Shown in pieces: positions 39,452 through 53,325 of a DNA stretch of 64,000 nt. The notes below the pieces were generated by a model that was not told the DNA's origin, did not search any database, and saw only the letters and a program-made list of their open reading frames with translations. Each line of letters begins with the position of its first letter. Positions within the stretch are counted from its first letter, which is position 1. The position numbers were made by a program, and so were the translations under genes. Location: assembly GCA_951406725.2 (NCBI GenBank), contig OX597815.1, positions 43,152,001 through 43,216,000 of the forward strand, given 5' to 3'. This DNA is from Octopus vulgaris. Its lineage: Eukaryota.

Positions 39452-40080
39452 GATAATAATAATTTCTTAAGTAACCAAAAGATGGATTTGGTATTAGTCT
39501 TTATTTTGTAAAACGGTGGTTTCCACCCATCCTGCTAATGTCCTTTATGGGTGGGACTCTGTTCAACATGTGTTACATCCATTTTGCAGTCTTGGTCTCA
39601 CTAGGTACATCCATACATAAAGATCCTGAGTTTTGGCTGTCATGTTGTTATATGCCCGTCTGGTTAGGGAATGAAGCATTGCTACAATTTTCAATTACTG
39701 TTAACTTTCTATAAGAATTGCAAACATTTGTAAATATAGGCAAATAACTGGGGTTTTTTTATCAATAGTTATTTGCCTATATTTACAAATATTTGCAATT
39801 CTTACAGAAAGATAATAGTACCTGAAAATTGTAGCAATGTTTCATTCCCTAACCAGACGGGCATATAACAACATGACAGCCAATGCTCAGGATCTTTAGC
39901 GTGACACAACTTTATGTATAGATGTACCTGATGAGACCCAGACTGCAAAATGGATGAAAAGCATGTTGAACGGAGTCCCATCCATAAGGGACATTAGCAA
40001 GATGGGTCGAAACGACCGCTGTACGAAATAAAGATTAATACCATAACCATCTTCTGGTTACTTAAGAAATTATCATTATC
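39452..40080. mobile_element. Large fold-back element (~300-bp arms) carrying a hammerhead (family H2)
   Basis: Arms 39452-39749 and 39767-40080, 17-nt spacer, moderately diverged; ends in TAA-like repeats. Confidence 0.85.
39923..40024 (+). ncRNA. Type I hammerhead ribozyme motif
   Basis: GTAC-CTGATGA(39928-39934)-GACCCA...TGGGTC-GAAAC(40009-40013)-GACC-GCT-GTAC; the mirror arm has GTT at the triplet. Confidence 0.75.
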
Positions 40081-40157
40081 TCAACTAACGCTGCGGAGTT
40101 CCGGAAGTAGATCCAACGGTAATATACCCCACAAAGACTTTCAAATACATACATACA

Positions 40158-40232
<75 letters not shown>

Positions 40233-41295
40233 GTAAACAGGATAATGACTACTACGTAATATGTGAAATTCGAAAATGTCATAATTCTGAATTTAATAAC
40301 CGAATGAAGTTGCATATTTTAGCAACTTATGTAAGGCTAATTCTGTGTGTAAACATCAACAATAAATAATTCCACGCTTCAGTGATAAAGCTAAATATCG
40401 AGCTGATTCAGAATGTAAATCACTTGACTGGAAGCTCCGTTAAGTCCCATTTAATAACTATGCCTCTTTATTTCCTCATTAGAAGATACCTCGCGTGAGC
40501 TTCCGTTTTCATGGTAAACCCTCTCAGTCTCAATGAGAGCGCCAAATAAAGTCGCTTATATACTGTATTTCCTCAATTTTCCATTCTCTATAGTCAGAAA
40601 TTTAAAACAGAATACACATCGAATGAAATAACCAGATAAAATAAAGCAATACTTTTTTCAAATAACAATTGCCCCATTCACTTCTTATGTAAACTGCTTT
40701 ATGCGATGTACATAAATTTTTAAAGTTGGTTGTATAATGATTCTTTGAGCCTCACAAATATATAGTATCTTTTTTTTATCGTTTTCTTGTCTTTTTAGGA
40801 ATATGAAATTACTAGGAGGAGTGGATTCCCAATCTCTTCGCTTCCATCCATTTTAGTTGCCTCTTACGCCACGTAGGGAATACTGCGACTGCATTCTACC
40901 GACCCCACCTCCAGTCGCTGTGGTGTTTGCTAGTTAACCTACAGCTGGGACAGTTACAGGTGCTACCACTCCAGGCCAGAGTATACCTGGGTACAAATGT
41001 GGCTAAGAGATGGTTCCACACTCCACAAACCCTGAAACCAGGGCCCCAGGCCCCACTACCGGATGTAGATTATAGTTATACTCAGGACTTTCAATAGTTG
41101 CTCATATTTATTATAATGTAATTAGAATTCAAAGAATACAAAAGCGTAATACTTGGATTCCAAGAAGAGTGAATGCTTAAGCTAAGGTTCATGGAGAGGT
41201 AAAATTAGATAGAATCAACTTTATTTGGCACTCTTCAAAAGGGATCGTGTGCATCAAGGATTATCCAGTCATTCTATTTCTTCCAGCACCATAGG

Positions 41296-41453
41296 TGCTG
41301 GCATAGCTGAGTGGTTAAGATGCAATTGTTCACCTCACACCTATAACCACATCGTTTTGGGTTCGGTCCCATCTTAAGTAAATCTACTATAGACTCAATC
41401 AACGCTTTGTGGGTGAATCTGGTTGACGGAAACTGTGTGGAAGCTTGTTGTTT

Positions 41454-41494
<41 letters not shown>

Positions 41495-41750
41495 AGTGTG
41501 TGAGTGTGTGTGTGTGTCTGTGTGTGTGTCTGTGTGTCTCTCTGTGTGTGTGTGTATCAATATGTGTGTTTTCCCCTTGTTTCTCTACTGCTTGGCAGCC
41601 GGTATTCGTTTGTTTACGTCCCCGAAGCTAGCGGTTCGGCTAAAGAAGAAAAATCATCAGGCTTAAAATAAGTACTGGGATCGATCTGTACGATGAAAAG
41701 CTCTTCAAGACTGTGCCCCAGCATGGCTACTGTTCTGTGGCTGAAACACT
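41296..41750 (+). mobile_element. SINE family A, old diverged copy
   Basis: Recognisable GACGGAAACTG, GTTTACGTCCC, AGCGGTTCGGC and CCAGCATGGC blocks. Confidence 0.75.
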
Positions 41751-42171
41751 ATTACCTATGCATCCTTAAATTCACTACTTAATCGATTCGGTTATTCCGC
41801 GTTTGAGTCAAACGCATTAAATTTTCCCTTCTGGACCTTATGCTGACCATTGCTTAATCACTCATTTTAATATTGTGTACATCTGGCTCTTTCTTGCTAT
41901 GATATTTTTTGAACTGTACCAGTTCAAATAAATTTTCTCAATAAGCTCCACACATCCCATTTTTTTCCAGTCGTTGACTTTATTATACGTGAGAACAATA
42001 ACAAATTTCCCTCCTTCTCAGCTAGAAAATAATAAATTTTTTATTCATTAAAATCTTAGTTTTCTTTACAATAAGAGAAATCACAAATTAGAGTATAATC
42101 TAACTGTAATAGTCAATCATGAATATAAACATGTATTTAAAACCTTCAATCAAAATTTCTTATAAATTTAT

Positions 42172-42589
42172 ATATTTCTTTATTGCCCACAAGGGGCTAA
42201 ACAGAGAGGGGACAAACAAGGACAGACAAATGTATTAAGTCGATTACATTGACCTCAGTGCGAAACTGGTACTTTATTTATCGACCCCGAAAGGATGAAA
42301 GGAAAAGTCGACTTCAGCGGAATTTGAACTCAGAACGTAACGACAGACGAAATACCTATTTCTTTACTACCCACAAGGGGCTAAACACAGAGAGAACAAA
42401 CAAGGACAGACAAACGGATTAAGTCGATTACATCGACCCAGTGCGTAACTGGTACTTAATTTATCGACCCCGAAAGGATGAAAGGTAAAGTCGACCTCAG
42501 CGGAATTTGAACTGAGAACGTAACGGCAGACGAAATTCCGCTAAGCATTTCGCCCAGCGTGCTAACGATTCTGCCAGCTCGCCGCCTTT
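42172..42589 (-). mobile_element. SINE B dimer (one head, two bodies) within a single 18-bp TSD
   Basis: TSD AATTTCTTATAAATTTAT at 42154-42171 and 42590-42607. Confidence 0.9.
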
Positions 42590-43621
42590 AATTTCTTATA
42601 AATTTATGTTCAAACATCAACTCGATAACGACAAAGTTATCCTATAAAATACTTTATTATTTTCAAAATTAATTGAAACAAAAACAGTGGTGTGATTACA
42701 GAAATATAGTAACAAAAGGGTTAATCGATCTCCTTTATAACTTGGGGGTTCTCTTTGTGAAGTATATTCCTGCAGCCATTTATATCTGTTTTCTGGATAC
42801 TCTTTAATTATTTCTCTTTACTTTATCTGCTCTATATTTTTTTTATTTTTCTTATGTTCACAGGCCATTGTCTGTGTTACGACAGCCGTTTGCGGCTTCA
42901 AAAAAAATCGTTGAATTCTTCAAGACTTGGGAAAAATTCGGATTTATAAATAGCTCGCCACAAAAGTATATCTAGTTTTAACCGGTTATTTGATAGCCTT
43001 CTCTTTGCCACTTCCAACAAAGAGTTTAGCGGGAATGTACTCATCAATCACTTTTTCGAATAATTATCCTGTCTACATCAGCTTCAAAAGGATTTCAATT
43101 TGTCTTCAGTGGTATCACTTTATAGAAAAAAAAAATTCTGGATATCTTTTTTTACTGTAAATCCGATATTGTCTGACTCCTTAACCATTTCTCACATCCC
43201 CATTTTACTCCACCTGATGGGCCACAGGGAGGAATGACGAAGCAAAGTAGAGGGAGGCGAAACTAATATATTATTTATTTATCTATTTTATCTATATTAT
43301 TTATTTATCTATTAGTTAAAAGTTGAATGCCTATTTTCCTTGAACGGAAATTTTATGGGCAATTGATGAGCAAAACACCGTAGCTCGAGAAAAAGCAATG
43401 CCACTCGAGGTTGACTTTTAAGTGGGTAATTAATCAATTTTTGTACATACGAGAACACGATCTAAATGTTTGGATCATAGAATGAAACCTGAGCATTTGA
43501 ATTAGTGACAATATTGTATCAGAACTCCTCTATGCTGAAAATAGGTAACAACTTATTTCAAGCTCTATGTTTCATAGATTCAAGAATGTCTTGGCAGTTT
43601 TTGAATTATTAGGAATTGAGA

Positions 43622-45343
43622 CATGAACTGGAATCAAAGCGCTCTCGGACTAGCTATGCTTGATAAAAAATTACTTATTTGCCTTAGTTTTAGCATCATC
43701 TTCTTCGAAATAGATACCTTGCGCAGCAATGTACCGCTCCTAGTGAGCGTTCCTGCCACTTGTCGAATCTGGCCTGGAAGTTGTTTTCCATAAGCGAGTC
43801 GGTGACCTTCTGCGATTCGCTCTGGATCTTAACGTTGGTGTTAAAACGGTGACTTTTGAGCTGCAGTTTCATGTTGAGGAAGAGATAGAAGTCCGCAGGT
43901 GCTAAATCTGGAGAATAGGGCGGGTGCGCGGATATGATACCATATTGCTTTGACGATAAACTTACGAGTGAACAAAGCTCGATGACAAGGAGCATTGTCG
44001 TCGTGAAGAATCCAATTCTTCGCGCTCCCCAGATCCGGTCGCTTTCGCCGAATGTCCTCCTTCAAACGCTTCAAAACTTCTCAGTAGAACTCTCGATTGA
44101 TGGTCTGGCCCTGGGGAACGAATTCTCGATGCACAACACCAGGGATGTCGAAAAAAAAACAACGAGGAGTATGCCCTTGACTGGGCTGCAGCTGTATGTG
44201 CCTTCTTCGGTCGTGGAGATGAAGGGCTCTTCCATTGTGACGACTGCTGGTTCGTCTTAGGGTCGTACCCGTAGACCCAATTCCCGTCATCGGTGTTGAT
44301 CCTCGATATGAAGCCTGGGTCATCAACGGCACGCTGACGTATATCTTGATAGACTTTGCCGAGTTCTCCTTTCTGCTCAGTGGCGAGCAGGCGGAGCACA
44401 AACTTGGCAGAGACACGCTGCATGTTCAACTCAGACGTCAGGATTGCCTGCACGGACCTATACGTCACTGATGTGGCTGATTGTCCTCCGACAAGCTGAT
44501 GAATTTTCTCCACATCTACAGAGGTGACGCTCGTAGTGGGTCTTCCAGATCGCTCATCGTCTTCTAGTGATGTTCTTCCGCTTTTGAAACGTTCGTGCCA
44601 CTCGAAACATTGCACACGACCCATTGCCGCATCATCGTAACTTGCCGAAGCATGCTCAATATCTCCGTAGCAGACTTCCCAAGTTTAACGCAAAATTTCA
44701 CGTTGGCTCTTTGTTCACCTTCCTGTCCATGACAAACTCGTAGACTGGCTGTGTGGTAAGTAGCTTGCTTACCAACAACATAGTTCCGGGTTCAGTCTCA
44801 CTGCGTGGCACCTTGGGCAAGTGTCTTCTACTATAGCCTCAGGCCGACCAAAGCCTTGTGAGTGGATTTGGTAGACGGAAACTGAAAGAAGCCCGTCGTA
44901 TATATGTATATGTATGTATATATATATACATATATGTGTGTGTGTGTGTTTTTGTGTCTGTGTTTGTCCCCCCAACATCACTGGACAACCGGTGCTGGTG
45001 TGTTTACGTCCCCGTAACTTAGCGGTTCGGTAAAAGAAACCGATAGAATAAGTACTAGGTTTACAAAGAATAAGTCCTGGGGTCGATTTGGTCGACTAAA
45101 GGCGGTGCTTCAGCATGGCCGCAGTCAAATGACTGAAACAAGTAAAAGAGGAAAAGAGTAAAAGAGCATAGCGTACACGTGATCACAAAATCACAAATTT
45201 CACTACTTAAAAACTAAACACAATAATGTCACTCGACATACTGTTTCATAGAGGTCACAGTTAACTCTCACTGCGCACGCAACCGTGTGATGCCATATGT
45301 TGGCGCGCAATAGAACTAGTTCGGGAATCTTTTGATACCTTGA
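43622..45343 (-). pseudogene. Mariner pseudogene interrupted by a SINE A (~44744-45166)
   Basis: LEDDERSGRP, VSAKFV, INTDDGNWVYGYDP, ILHDDNAPCH, HPPYSPDLAPADFYLF across frames; degenerate TIRs ..ATCAAAGCGCTCTCGGACTAG / CTAGTTCGGGAATCTTTTGATACC. Confidence 0.9.
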
Positions 45344-46811
45344 AATTTAGTTTTTATAACAAAATCAATATTTGTTATCGTTTATTTTTCTTTCAACTAG
45401 ATTTCTGATTGATCTGGTAATCAAAATAGTGTTTTAATATTACATTTTACAATGTGCACATGAACATCGGGCCAGTACTTAATTTATCATCACTGAAAGT
45501 ATGGAGTTCTTTATTATTCTCAAAATTTATTGAAACAACAGCAGTGGTACCTTATGGTAACATAAGGATAAGTCGGCAAGCTGGCAGAATCGTTACTGCG
45601 CCAGCCAAAATGCTTAGCGTCATTCCCTCCGTCTTTATGTTCTGAGTTCAAATTCCGCCCGAGTCGACTTTGCCTTCCATCGTTTCGGGGTCGACTTTAC
45701 CTTTCATCATATCGAGGTCGATAAAATAAGGTCGATAAAATAAGTACCAGTTGACCATTGGGGTCGATGTAATCGATTTCCTCTCACTCGAAATTGCTGC
45801 CTGTTCCAAAATTTGAAATTAATATAGTAACATAAAGAATAATCCAGCTCTGTTATAGTTTTACTATTCTCCTTGTCAAATGTATAACTTATGAGCAGAT
45901 AGGAATTTATGCTCAAAACGTAGTGAAATGAACCTAAATAATATAAGGCCCTTTAATCTGGCGTTCAAACATTTCTATTTTTTTTTTTTTGACACTAATG
46001 ATATCTTTAACTCTGGATTAGAAGAGCTGACTTTGTAGTTAAAACGCTAAGCTCTCAATAAGTTTGCTCCAAAATGTTATTGGCTTTGCTTTCCGACTTG
46101 AAATTCTTCACTTGCACTAATACATTACTAAGTAAGTACACTTCTCTTCCGATAGTAATAGCATTACGAACAGCAAAGCACAACATTCGGCTGTCATATC
46201 ACAGCATTAGAAATCACTCTTCGAAAATATAAGGAAGTGTCTGTAACACACACACACACAAAAGAGGGTAAAGTCGACTCAATGATAGTTCAGTATTAGC
46301 TTGAGCATTGCAAAGTTCAAAGAGAGAAAACGAACATGTTTTCACTGAGAGTGCACCATATATCAAAATGAAGATTTGAGGAAACTATTGAAAGAATCAG
46401 CATTATTTGGTTATTGAGAGTAATTAACCTTAAAATGAATGTTCGCTTGAAGTACCTTCTTATAAGGAAATACGGAGATCCAGTTACTAAGAAGTATTTA
46501 ACAGAGAGTAATCAACTATGTGAGAACCCACCCTAAAATGCATATTATGTACATTTTGAGTCATAAATTGACTAGCATTCCTGTTCATGAAGTAATCGAT
46601 TTGGAAAGGAAAACTATTCTACAGAACCAACAAACTTTAATAATTTACGGGATAATTTAGAAAAATGTCACGAGAATTCATCCTGAAGTAATTACATAAT
46701 CGTACACACACACATGTTCGCGCGCACACACACATGTATATATGTATGTATATACATATATAAGCATATACATATGTATATATATATATATGTATGTATA
46801 TATATATATAT

Positions 46812-46844
<33 letters not shown>

Positions 46845-46948
46845 ACATATGCACACACACACACACACACACACAGATACATATAGAGAGAGAGCGAGAG
46901 AGAGAGAGAGAGAGAAAGAGAGAGGGAGAAAAAGAGAGAGAGATACAC

Positions 46949-47163
46949 ACAAGGGGTACTTGAACGTTCCTGGCTTTAAGTATATCGCAGAAGGCCTGTC
47001 TGGAAGCCCAACCTTCCGAGTTCTTTTGCATAAATTAGAAAAACTGAAGGACCGCTGCACTAGGTGTCTGGATCTGAGAGGGGAGTATGTCAAATAAACA
47101 TAATTAAATGACCTTCCTGTATTTTCTTTGACCCAAAGCCAAGAAGTTTTCAGCACCCCCAGG
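46949..47163 (+). mobile_element. Mariner-derived MITE
   Basis: TIRs GGGGTACTTGAACGTTCCTGGCTTT / AAAGCCAAGAAGTTTTCAGCACCCC; encodes EKLKDRCTRCLDLRGEYVK*. Confidence 0.8.
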
Positions 47164-47172
47164 TGTATATAT

Positions 47173-47590
47173 TACTCTTTTACTCTTTTAGTTGTTTCAG
47201 TCATTTGACTGCGGCCATGCTGGAGCACCGCCTTTAGTCGAGCAAATCGATCCCGGGACTTATTCTTTGTAAGCCCAGTACTTATTCTATCGGTCTCTTT
47301 TGCCGAACCGCTAAGTGACGGGGACGTAAACACACCAGCATCGGTTGTCAAGCGATGCTAGAGGGACAAACACAGACACACAAACATATACACACACATA
47401 CATACATATATATATATACATATATACGACAGGCTTCTTTCAGTTTCCGCCTACCAAATCCACTCACAAGGCTTTGGTCGGTCCGAGGCTATAGCAGAAG
47501 ACACTTTCCCAAGATGCCACGCAGTGGGACTGAACCCAGAACCATGTGGCTGGTAGGCAAGCTACTTACCACACAGCCACTCCTGCGCCT
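47173..47590 (-). mobile_element. SINE family A
   Basis: Full-length match. Confidence 0.92.
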
Positions 47591-47633
47591 ATATATATGT
47601 ATATATATATGTATACTACTACTACTACTAATA

Positions 47634-47775
47634 TAGGATGAAGTTTTTTTACAGAAAAAAATTTCATCAAGAAAAAGTGTCAGCATATTAAAATACCTTT
47701 AAAGGTTAAAATTATAAACAACTTATAAACAAGGGCAAAAGAAAATTATTTTCTTTTGCCCTTGTTTATAAGTTG

Positions 47776-47777
<2 letters not shown>
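47634..47777 (-). mobile_element. Fold-back insert: perfect 30-bp arms, 1-nt loop, ~80-bp tail
   Basis: Arms 47717-47746 and 47748-47777; (TA)n follows. Confidence 0.75.
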
Positions 47778-47837
<60 letters not shown>

Positions 47838-48214
47838 GTGTGTGATTCGTGACTCTATATATAAGTATATATATATAAATATATATATATACACACGTGT
47901 GTGTGTATGTGTGGTGTGTCTGTGTGTGTGTCTGTATCGATCCTGCTCTCGGGGCTTTCAGCTCAAATCCAACAAATGTTAAATTTGCCTTTCATCATTT
48001 GCGGGTTTGTGAAATAAAGTACCAGCCCTGCAATGGGATCCTCTTTTTCTAAATCTTTCATTCTGACTGTCTCGTTCTTTCCTTCTTGGAGCAATCCCCT
48101 TTGGTCAGACCCTGCATACGGATGGGCTCCACGAGGCCTACAAATACATAAAACACGTAGTATGTCACAACAGCACCTCTCTGACTATCAAATAGTAAAG
48201 AGTCCTTCTTATGG

Positions 48215-48287
<73 letters not shown>

Positions 48288-48745
48288 GAGTGAGTGCGCA
48301 AGTACTTTTATTTACGTTTAGTGTTAAGGCGATTCTAACGTGTGTCAATGAAAGCGTCAGTAATTAACTGTCGCTTGCATTAATTGGGTGCGGTATCATC
48401 TGTGCACCGGAGATCAATGACTGATATAGTTTTGGCCTTTGTTCTGCCAGGGTTTGAATAGCGCACCATCTGTGCGGTATGAGAGCTCAACGCCATATGG
48501 GCGTTTGCCCATTGTAAACGCGTGCAAAGCTGAGAAGATGGAAAAGAGAGTAGTGGGAATTTTCGCATCCTTGTCATAATCTAGTTCTCACTTCAAACTA
48601 ACCTTGATATATATATATATATACATATATATATGTATGTATGTATGTATGCATAATAATATAAATAATATATAAATATATGCATATATACATACATACA
48701 TACATATACGTATCTACATATATGTGTATATATACATGCATATAT

Positions 48746-48923
48746 GGGTACAGGACAACAAAAGAAAAAATCGTTGAACACAATGAGAAACGAAAACATA
48801 AAAACAAAAACATAGAAACGAACTTTTTTTCAAACAACCAAAAATACAAACAGAGAAACGAGACACACAAAATAAAGAATATTCCCCTTCTTCAGCTGTA
48901 CCTGTTTCAACTACTCCGCGCTT
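48746..48923 (-). mobile_element. Putative PLE 3' fragment in (TA)n
   Basis: Minus strand GAAGCGCGGAGTAGTTGAAACAGGTACAGCTGAAGAAGGGG.. resembles 11972-12105 and also ends ..ACCCATATA. Confidence 0.5.
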
Positions 48924-49004
48924 CTATATATATATATATAGATAGATAGATGTATATATATATACACACCTAAATGCATACATGCATGAGTGTGTGTGTG
49001 TGTG

Positions 49005-49075
<71 letters not shown>

Positions 49076-49090
49076 GATATATAGATAGAT

Positions 49091-49130
<40 letters not shown>

Positions 49131-49383
49131 GTAATGAAGTTCGCTTTGCAACCATGTAGTTTCGTTTTCAGTTCCACTGCACGGCATCATGAAGGAATTT
49201 TGCAGATAGAAGCCTGTCATATATATAGACACATGTATGTATGTATGTATGTATGTATGTATGTATGTATGTATGTATACGTACACACATACATATATAT
49301 GTATATGTACATGCAGTACGAATGTGTGCACACATGTTCCACGTCCTCGCGTTGTTGTGTTTTCTCTTTGTGTTTCCATGTTT

Positions 49384-49427
<44 letters not shown>

Positions 49428-49432
49428 TTTTA

Positions 49433-49661
49433 TTCTTTTATTCTTTTACTTGTTACAGTCATTTGACTACGGCCATGATGGAGCACCACCTTTAGTCGAA
49501 CAAATCGACCCCAGGACTTATTCTTTCTAAGCCTAGTACTTATTCTATCGGTCACATTTGCCGAACCACTAGGTGATGGGGACGTAAACATAACAACATC
49601 GGTTGACAAGCAATGATGAGGGGGACAAACACAGGCACAAATAACAAACACACACATACAT

Positions 49662-49704
<43 letters not shown>

Positions 49705-49923
49705 ATTAATAAGGGTGAGAGAATTAGATACTAATTTAATAGTATATCTATTCAACACCAAGTGGCTTAGTGCTCCGAGAAACCTGGATTATTATAATAT
49801 TTTATAATATATTATAATATTTTTACAAAATAAATATAAGAGAGTGGTCACTATATGGCTCACTCTAGCACCATGGATTAACTGGTGCTAGAGTGAGCCA
49901 TATAGTGACCACTCTCTTATATT

Positions 49924-49956
<33 letters not shown>

Positions 49957-50117
49957 CGACGGGTTTCTTTCAGTTTCCTTCTACCAAATCCACCTACAAG
50001 GCTTTGGTCAGTGCGAGGCTATAGTAGAAGACACTTGCCGAAAGTGCCACGCAGTGGGGCTGAACCCGGAACCATGTAGTTGGGAAACACGCTAACTACC
50101 ACACAGCCACTCCTACA

Positions 50118-50120
<3 letters not shown>
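49433..50120 (-). mobile_element. SINE family A hosting fold-back element F1 copy 2
   Basis: The two halves of family A flank the insert. Confidence 0.88.
49702..49929 (-). mobile_element. Fold-back element F1 copy 2: 47-bp arms, 9-nt loop, same tail
   Basis: Arms 49827-49873 and 49883-49929; tail matches 18127-18256. Confidence 0.85.
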
Positions 50121-50195
<75 letters not shown>

Positions 50196-50445
50196 CGTAC
50201 GTATGTATGCATGTGTGTTTTGTGTTCCGCTTTGTCCTCTCAAGCGTTCGTTGACCGACGTTGCTTTGTTTACGTCTACATAACTTAGCGGTTCGGCAAA
50301 CACGACAAAACGACTGATTGAATGATTTCCAGACAGAAAGAACTATGTATATAAGGTGCAAATTGTTCGCCTAAAAACTCTTCAAAGCGCTACCCAGCAT
50401 GGTCCCTATTCGATGACTGAAACAAAACACAAAAGGGAAAAGAAG

Positions 50446-50502
<57 letters not shown>

Positions 50503-51286
50503 CACATACACACAGAAATAAGCCCGAACAGATCGAGAGAGAGGGGGAGGGGAAGGAAGGGGGATATGGGAGGGTACTAAGAGATTTTGGCATAGATTAG
50601 TATGAATAACATTTATGTACAACAGTCTGGAAAATTGAGAATAAACTTTCAACACCTTCACAAATTACGTAACAACAGTGCACAGTCGAAGCGTGTCCAC
50701 ATGCACACATAAATACACACACATGCATACACACACACACACGAACATGTAACTATTCATCTGCACATCTTTATATTTATTTACGCATGCTCACGAAGCG
50801 TAACTTTTGTGTTTCATGCACAGATGGCACTCCTTTTGCGTGTGCATAGGTGTGTATAAATGCTTGTACGAGTGTATGTATGTATGTATGTATGTATGTA
50901 TGTATGTATGTATGTATGTATGTATGTATGTGCGTGTATGTGTGTATGTACGTATGTGTGTGTAAGTGTGTAAATACGCGTGCGCAATGTGGGTTTACGT
51001 ATCGGATGCCTTAGCAAAGGGGATATTTGTTCGCCATGAAACAAAGAAAAGAGGTACCAACAATTGTACGGTTGAGTGATTTCTTGTAAATGCAATCATA
51101 AAATATCAGACAGAATTCAAAAGCTCTGGATCATATTTCGAATTTAGATTAGATTTCAAGTAAGCTTGAATATTCACATGCATAACAATGCATTCATGCT
51201 CACAAACATACATAAACCCACACACACACAGCACATACACTTACATATTTATATGTATGAATATATATATAAATATATATCTATAT

Positions 51287-51520
51287 ATATTTCTTTACTA
51301 CCCACAAGGGGCTAAACACAGAGGGGACAAACAAGGACAGACAAACGGATTAAGTCGATTACATCGACCCCAGGGCGTAACTGGTACTTAATTTATCGAC
51401 CCCGAAAGGATGGAAAGCAAAGTCGACCTCGGCGGAATTTGAACTCGGAACGTAACGACAGACGAAATACGGCTACGCATTTCGCCCGGCGTGCTAACGT
51501 TTCTGCCGGCTCGCCGCCTT
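51287..51520 (-). mobile_element. SINE family B monomer
   Basis: Full match; TATATATATAAATATATATCTATA on both sides (TSD-like). Confidence 0.9.
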
Positions 51521-51783
51521 TATATATATAAATATATATCTATACATATATACATACATACGCACATACATACATACATAATACACATACACACACACAT
51601 ACATACCATGCATACATACATATACAAAGACATGGTTGCGGGTTCAGTTCCACCGTGGCACCTTGATCAAATATTTTCTACTACGGCCTCAGGCCGACCG
51701 AAGCCCATTAGTCTATTCTGTGGTTTTATGGCCTTCGTCTGACCTCACTAGTTTCATTAATAAAGTGTGGAACTTCCTATGTT

Positions 51784-51840
<57 letters not shown>

Positions 51841-51933
51841 GTGTATGTGTGTGTGTGTGCATGTGTGTGTGTATATATATATATGTATGTATATATGTAT
51901 GTGTGTGTGTAAATTTATGCATGGATGGGTGTG

Positions 51934-51968
<35 letters not shown>

Positions 51969-51974
<6 letters not shown>

Positions 51975-52139
51975 TATATAGAAGGAGCTTCTACAGGACT
52001 AGTACTGTTTCATTCTAGTACTGAATGAAACAGTACTAGTCCTGTAGAAGCTCCTTCTATATAATAAATTAATTTTACTCTGCTATGTATTGAGTACCTT
52101 ACTTACTGTGGTTAACCCCGAATCAACCCGGGACCTACA
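51969..52139 (+). mobile_element. Fold-back insert in (TA)n: 47-bp arms, ~70-bp tail, possible 3' half of a hammerhead
   Basis: Arms 51969-52015 and 52023-52069; GAAAC-AGTACTA-GTC at 52027-52041. Confidence 0.8.
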
Positions 52140-52334
52140 TATATATATATATATATATATATACTTTCAGGCCTTGTCTCTTTCATACTATCTCATATAG
52201 TATCCTCCTTCCCTTAACTACATGGCATTGCTTTCTATTTATCTTTTTTCTAGCTGTGGACCTTAATTAATCTAGTTATCGTCCCCTGTGTTCGCTTTCA
52301 TCTTTCTTCCTCTATCTTTGACATTATTTATAAT

Positions 52335-52562
52335 ACCTATTTCTTTATTAACCACAAGGGGCTAAACATAGAGGGGCCAAACAAGGACAGACATAGGTAT
52401 CAAGTCGATTACATCGACCCCAGTGCGTAACTGGTACTTAATTTATCGACCTCGAAAGGATGAAAGGTAAAGTCGACCTCGGCGGAATTTGAACTCAGAA
52501 CGTAACGGCAGACGAAATACGGCTACGCATTTCGCCCGGCGTGCTAACGGTTCTGCCAGTCC
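52335..52562 (-). mobile_element. SINE family B monomer
   Basis: Full match, ending ..GAAATAGGTA. Confidence 0.9.
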
Positions 52563-52990
52563 CCCATGCTCACTTCTGGGCATCCATCACTTCTCATATA
52601 TATCACCCGCCGAATCCTAATGCACCATCTCTCCGACGATAGAATACACTGCCACTGAAATGCTGGTTGCCGACAGGTTGCAGAACACTGCGTTAACTAA
52701 GCATCTATTCTTGAAACAGCTGTAAAAAACTATCTGTACACTTTATCTTTTCTTCTCTTTCATTTTTAAGGTTTTACCTGTGATGATCTGCCATTACCTA
52801 CCGAAGTATGTCATATCAGTTCTATAGACTTACCTTATGACTACTCATGGAGTATATCATATTTCTGAATGGAACTTTTATTGATCGCTTGTGATCTAAA
52901 CTTTCTTATGCATTCACCGTATTTGTTGTATAACAATATAATCTGATCCGATACCAGTTATTTGCCTGTTTATCCTTTAATTTTATTTAC
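52563..52990 (+). mobile_element. Old putative PLE 3' region with decayed hammerhead (family H4)
   Basis: CCGACGA(52633-52639)-T-AGAATA...TATTCT-T-GAAAC(52713-52717)-AGCT-GTA; homologous to 28450-28830. Confidence 0.5.
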
Positions 52991-52997
52991 ACACGCG

Positions 52998-53034
<37 letters not shown>

Positions 53035-53093
53035 GCGCAATAAACACACACAACACACACAATCTCATATATATATATATATATGTTATAAAT

Positions 53094-53135
<42 letters not shown>

Positions 53136-53240
53136 TATATATATATATAACATATATATATATATATATATGTGTTATAAATATATATATATATAATATA
53201 TATATATATATTATATATATTATATATATTATATATATAT

Positions 53241-53325
<85 letters not shown>

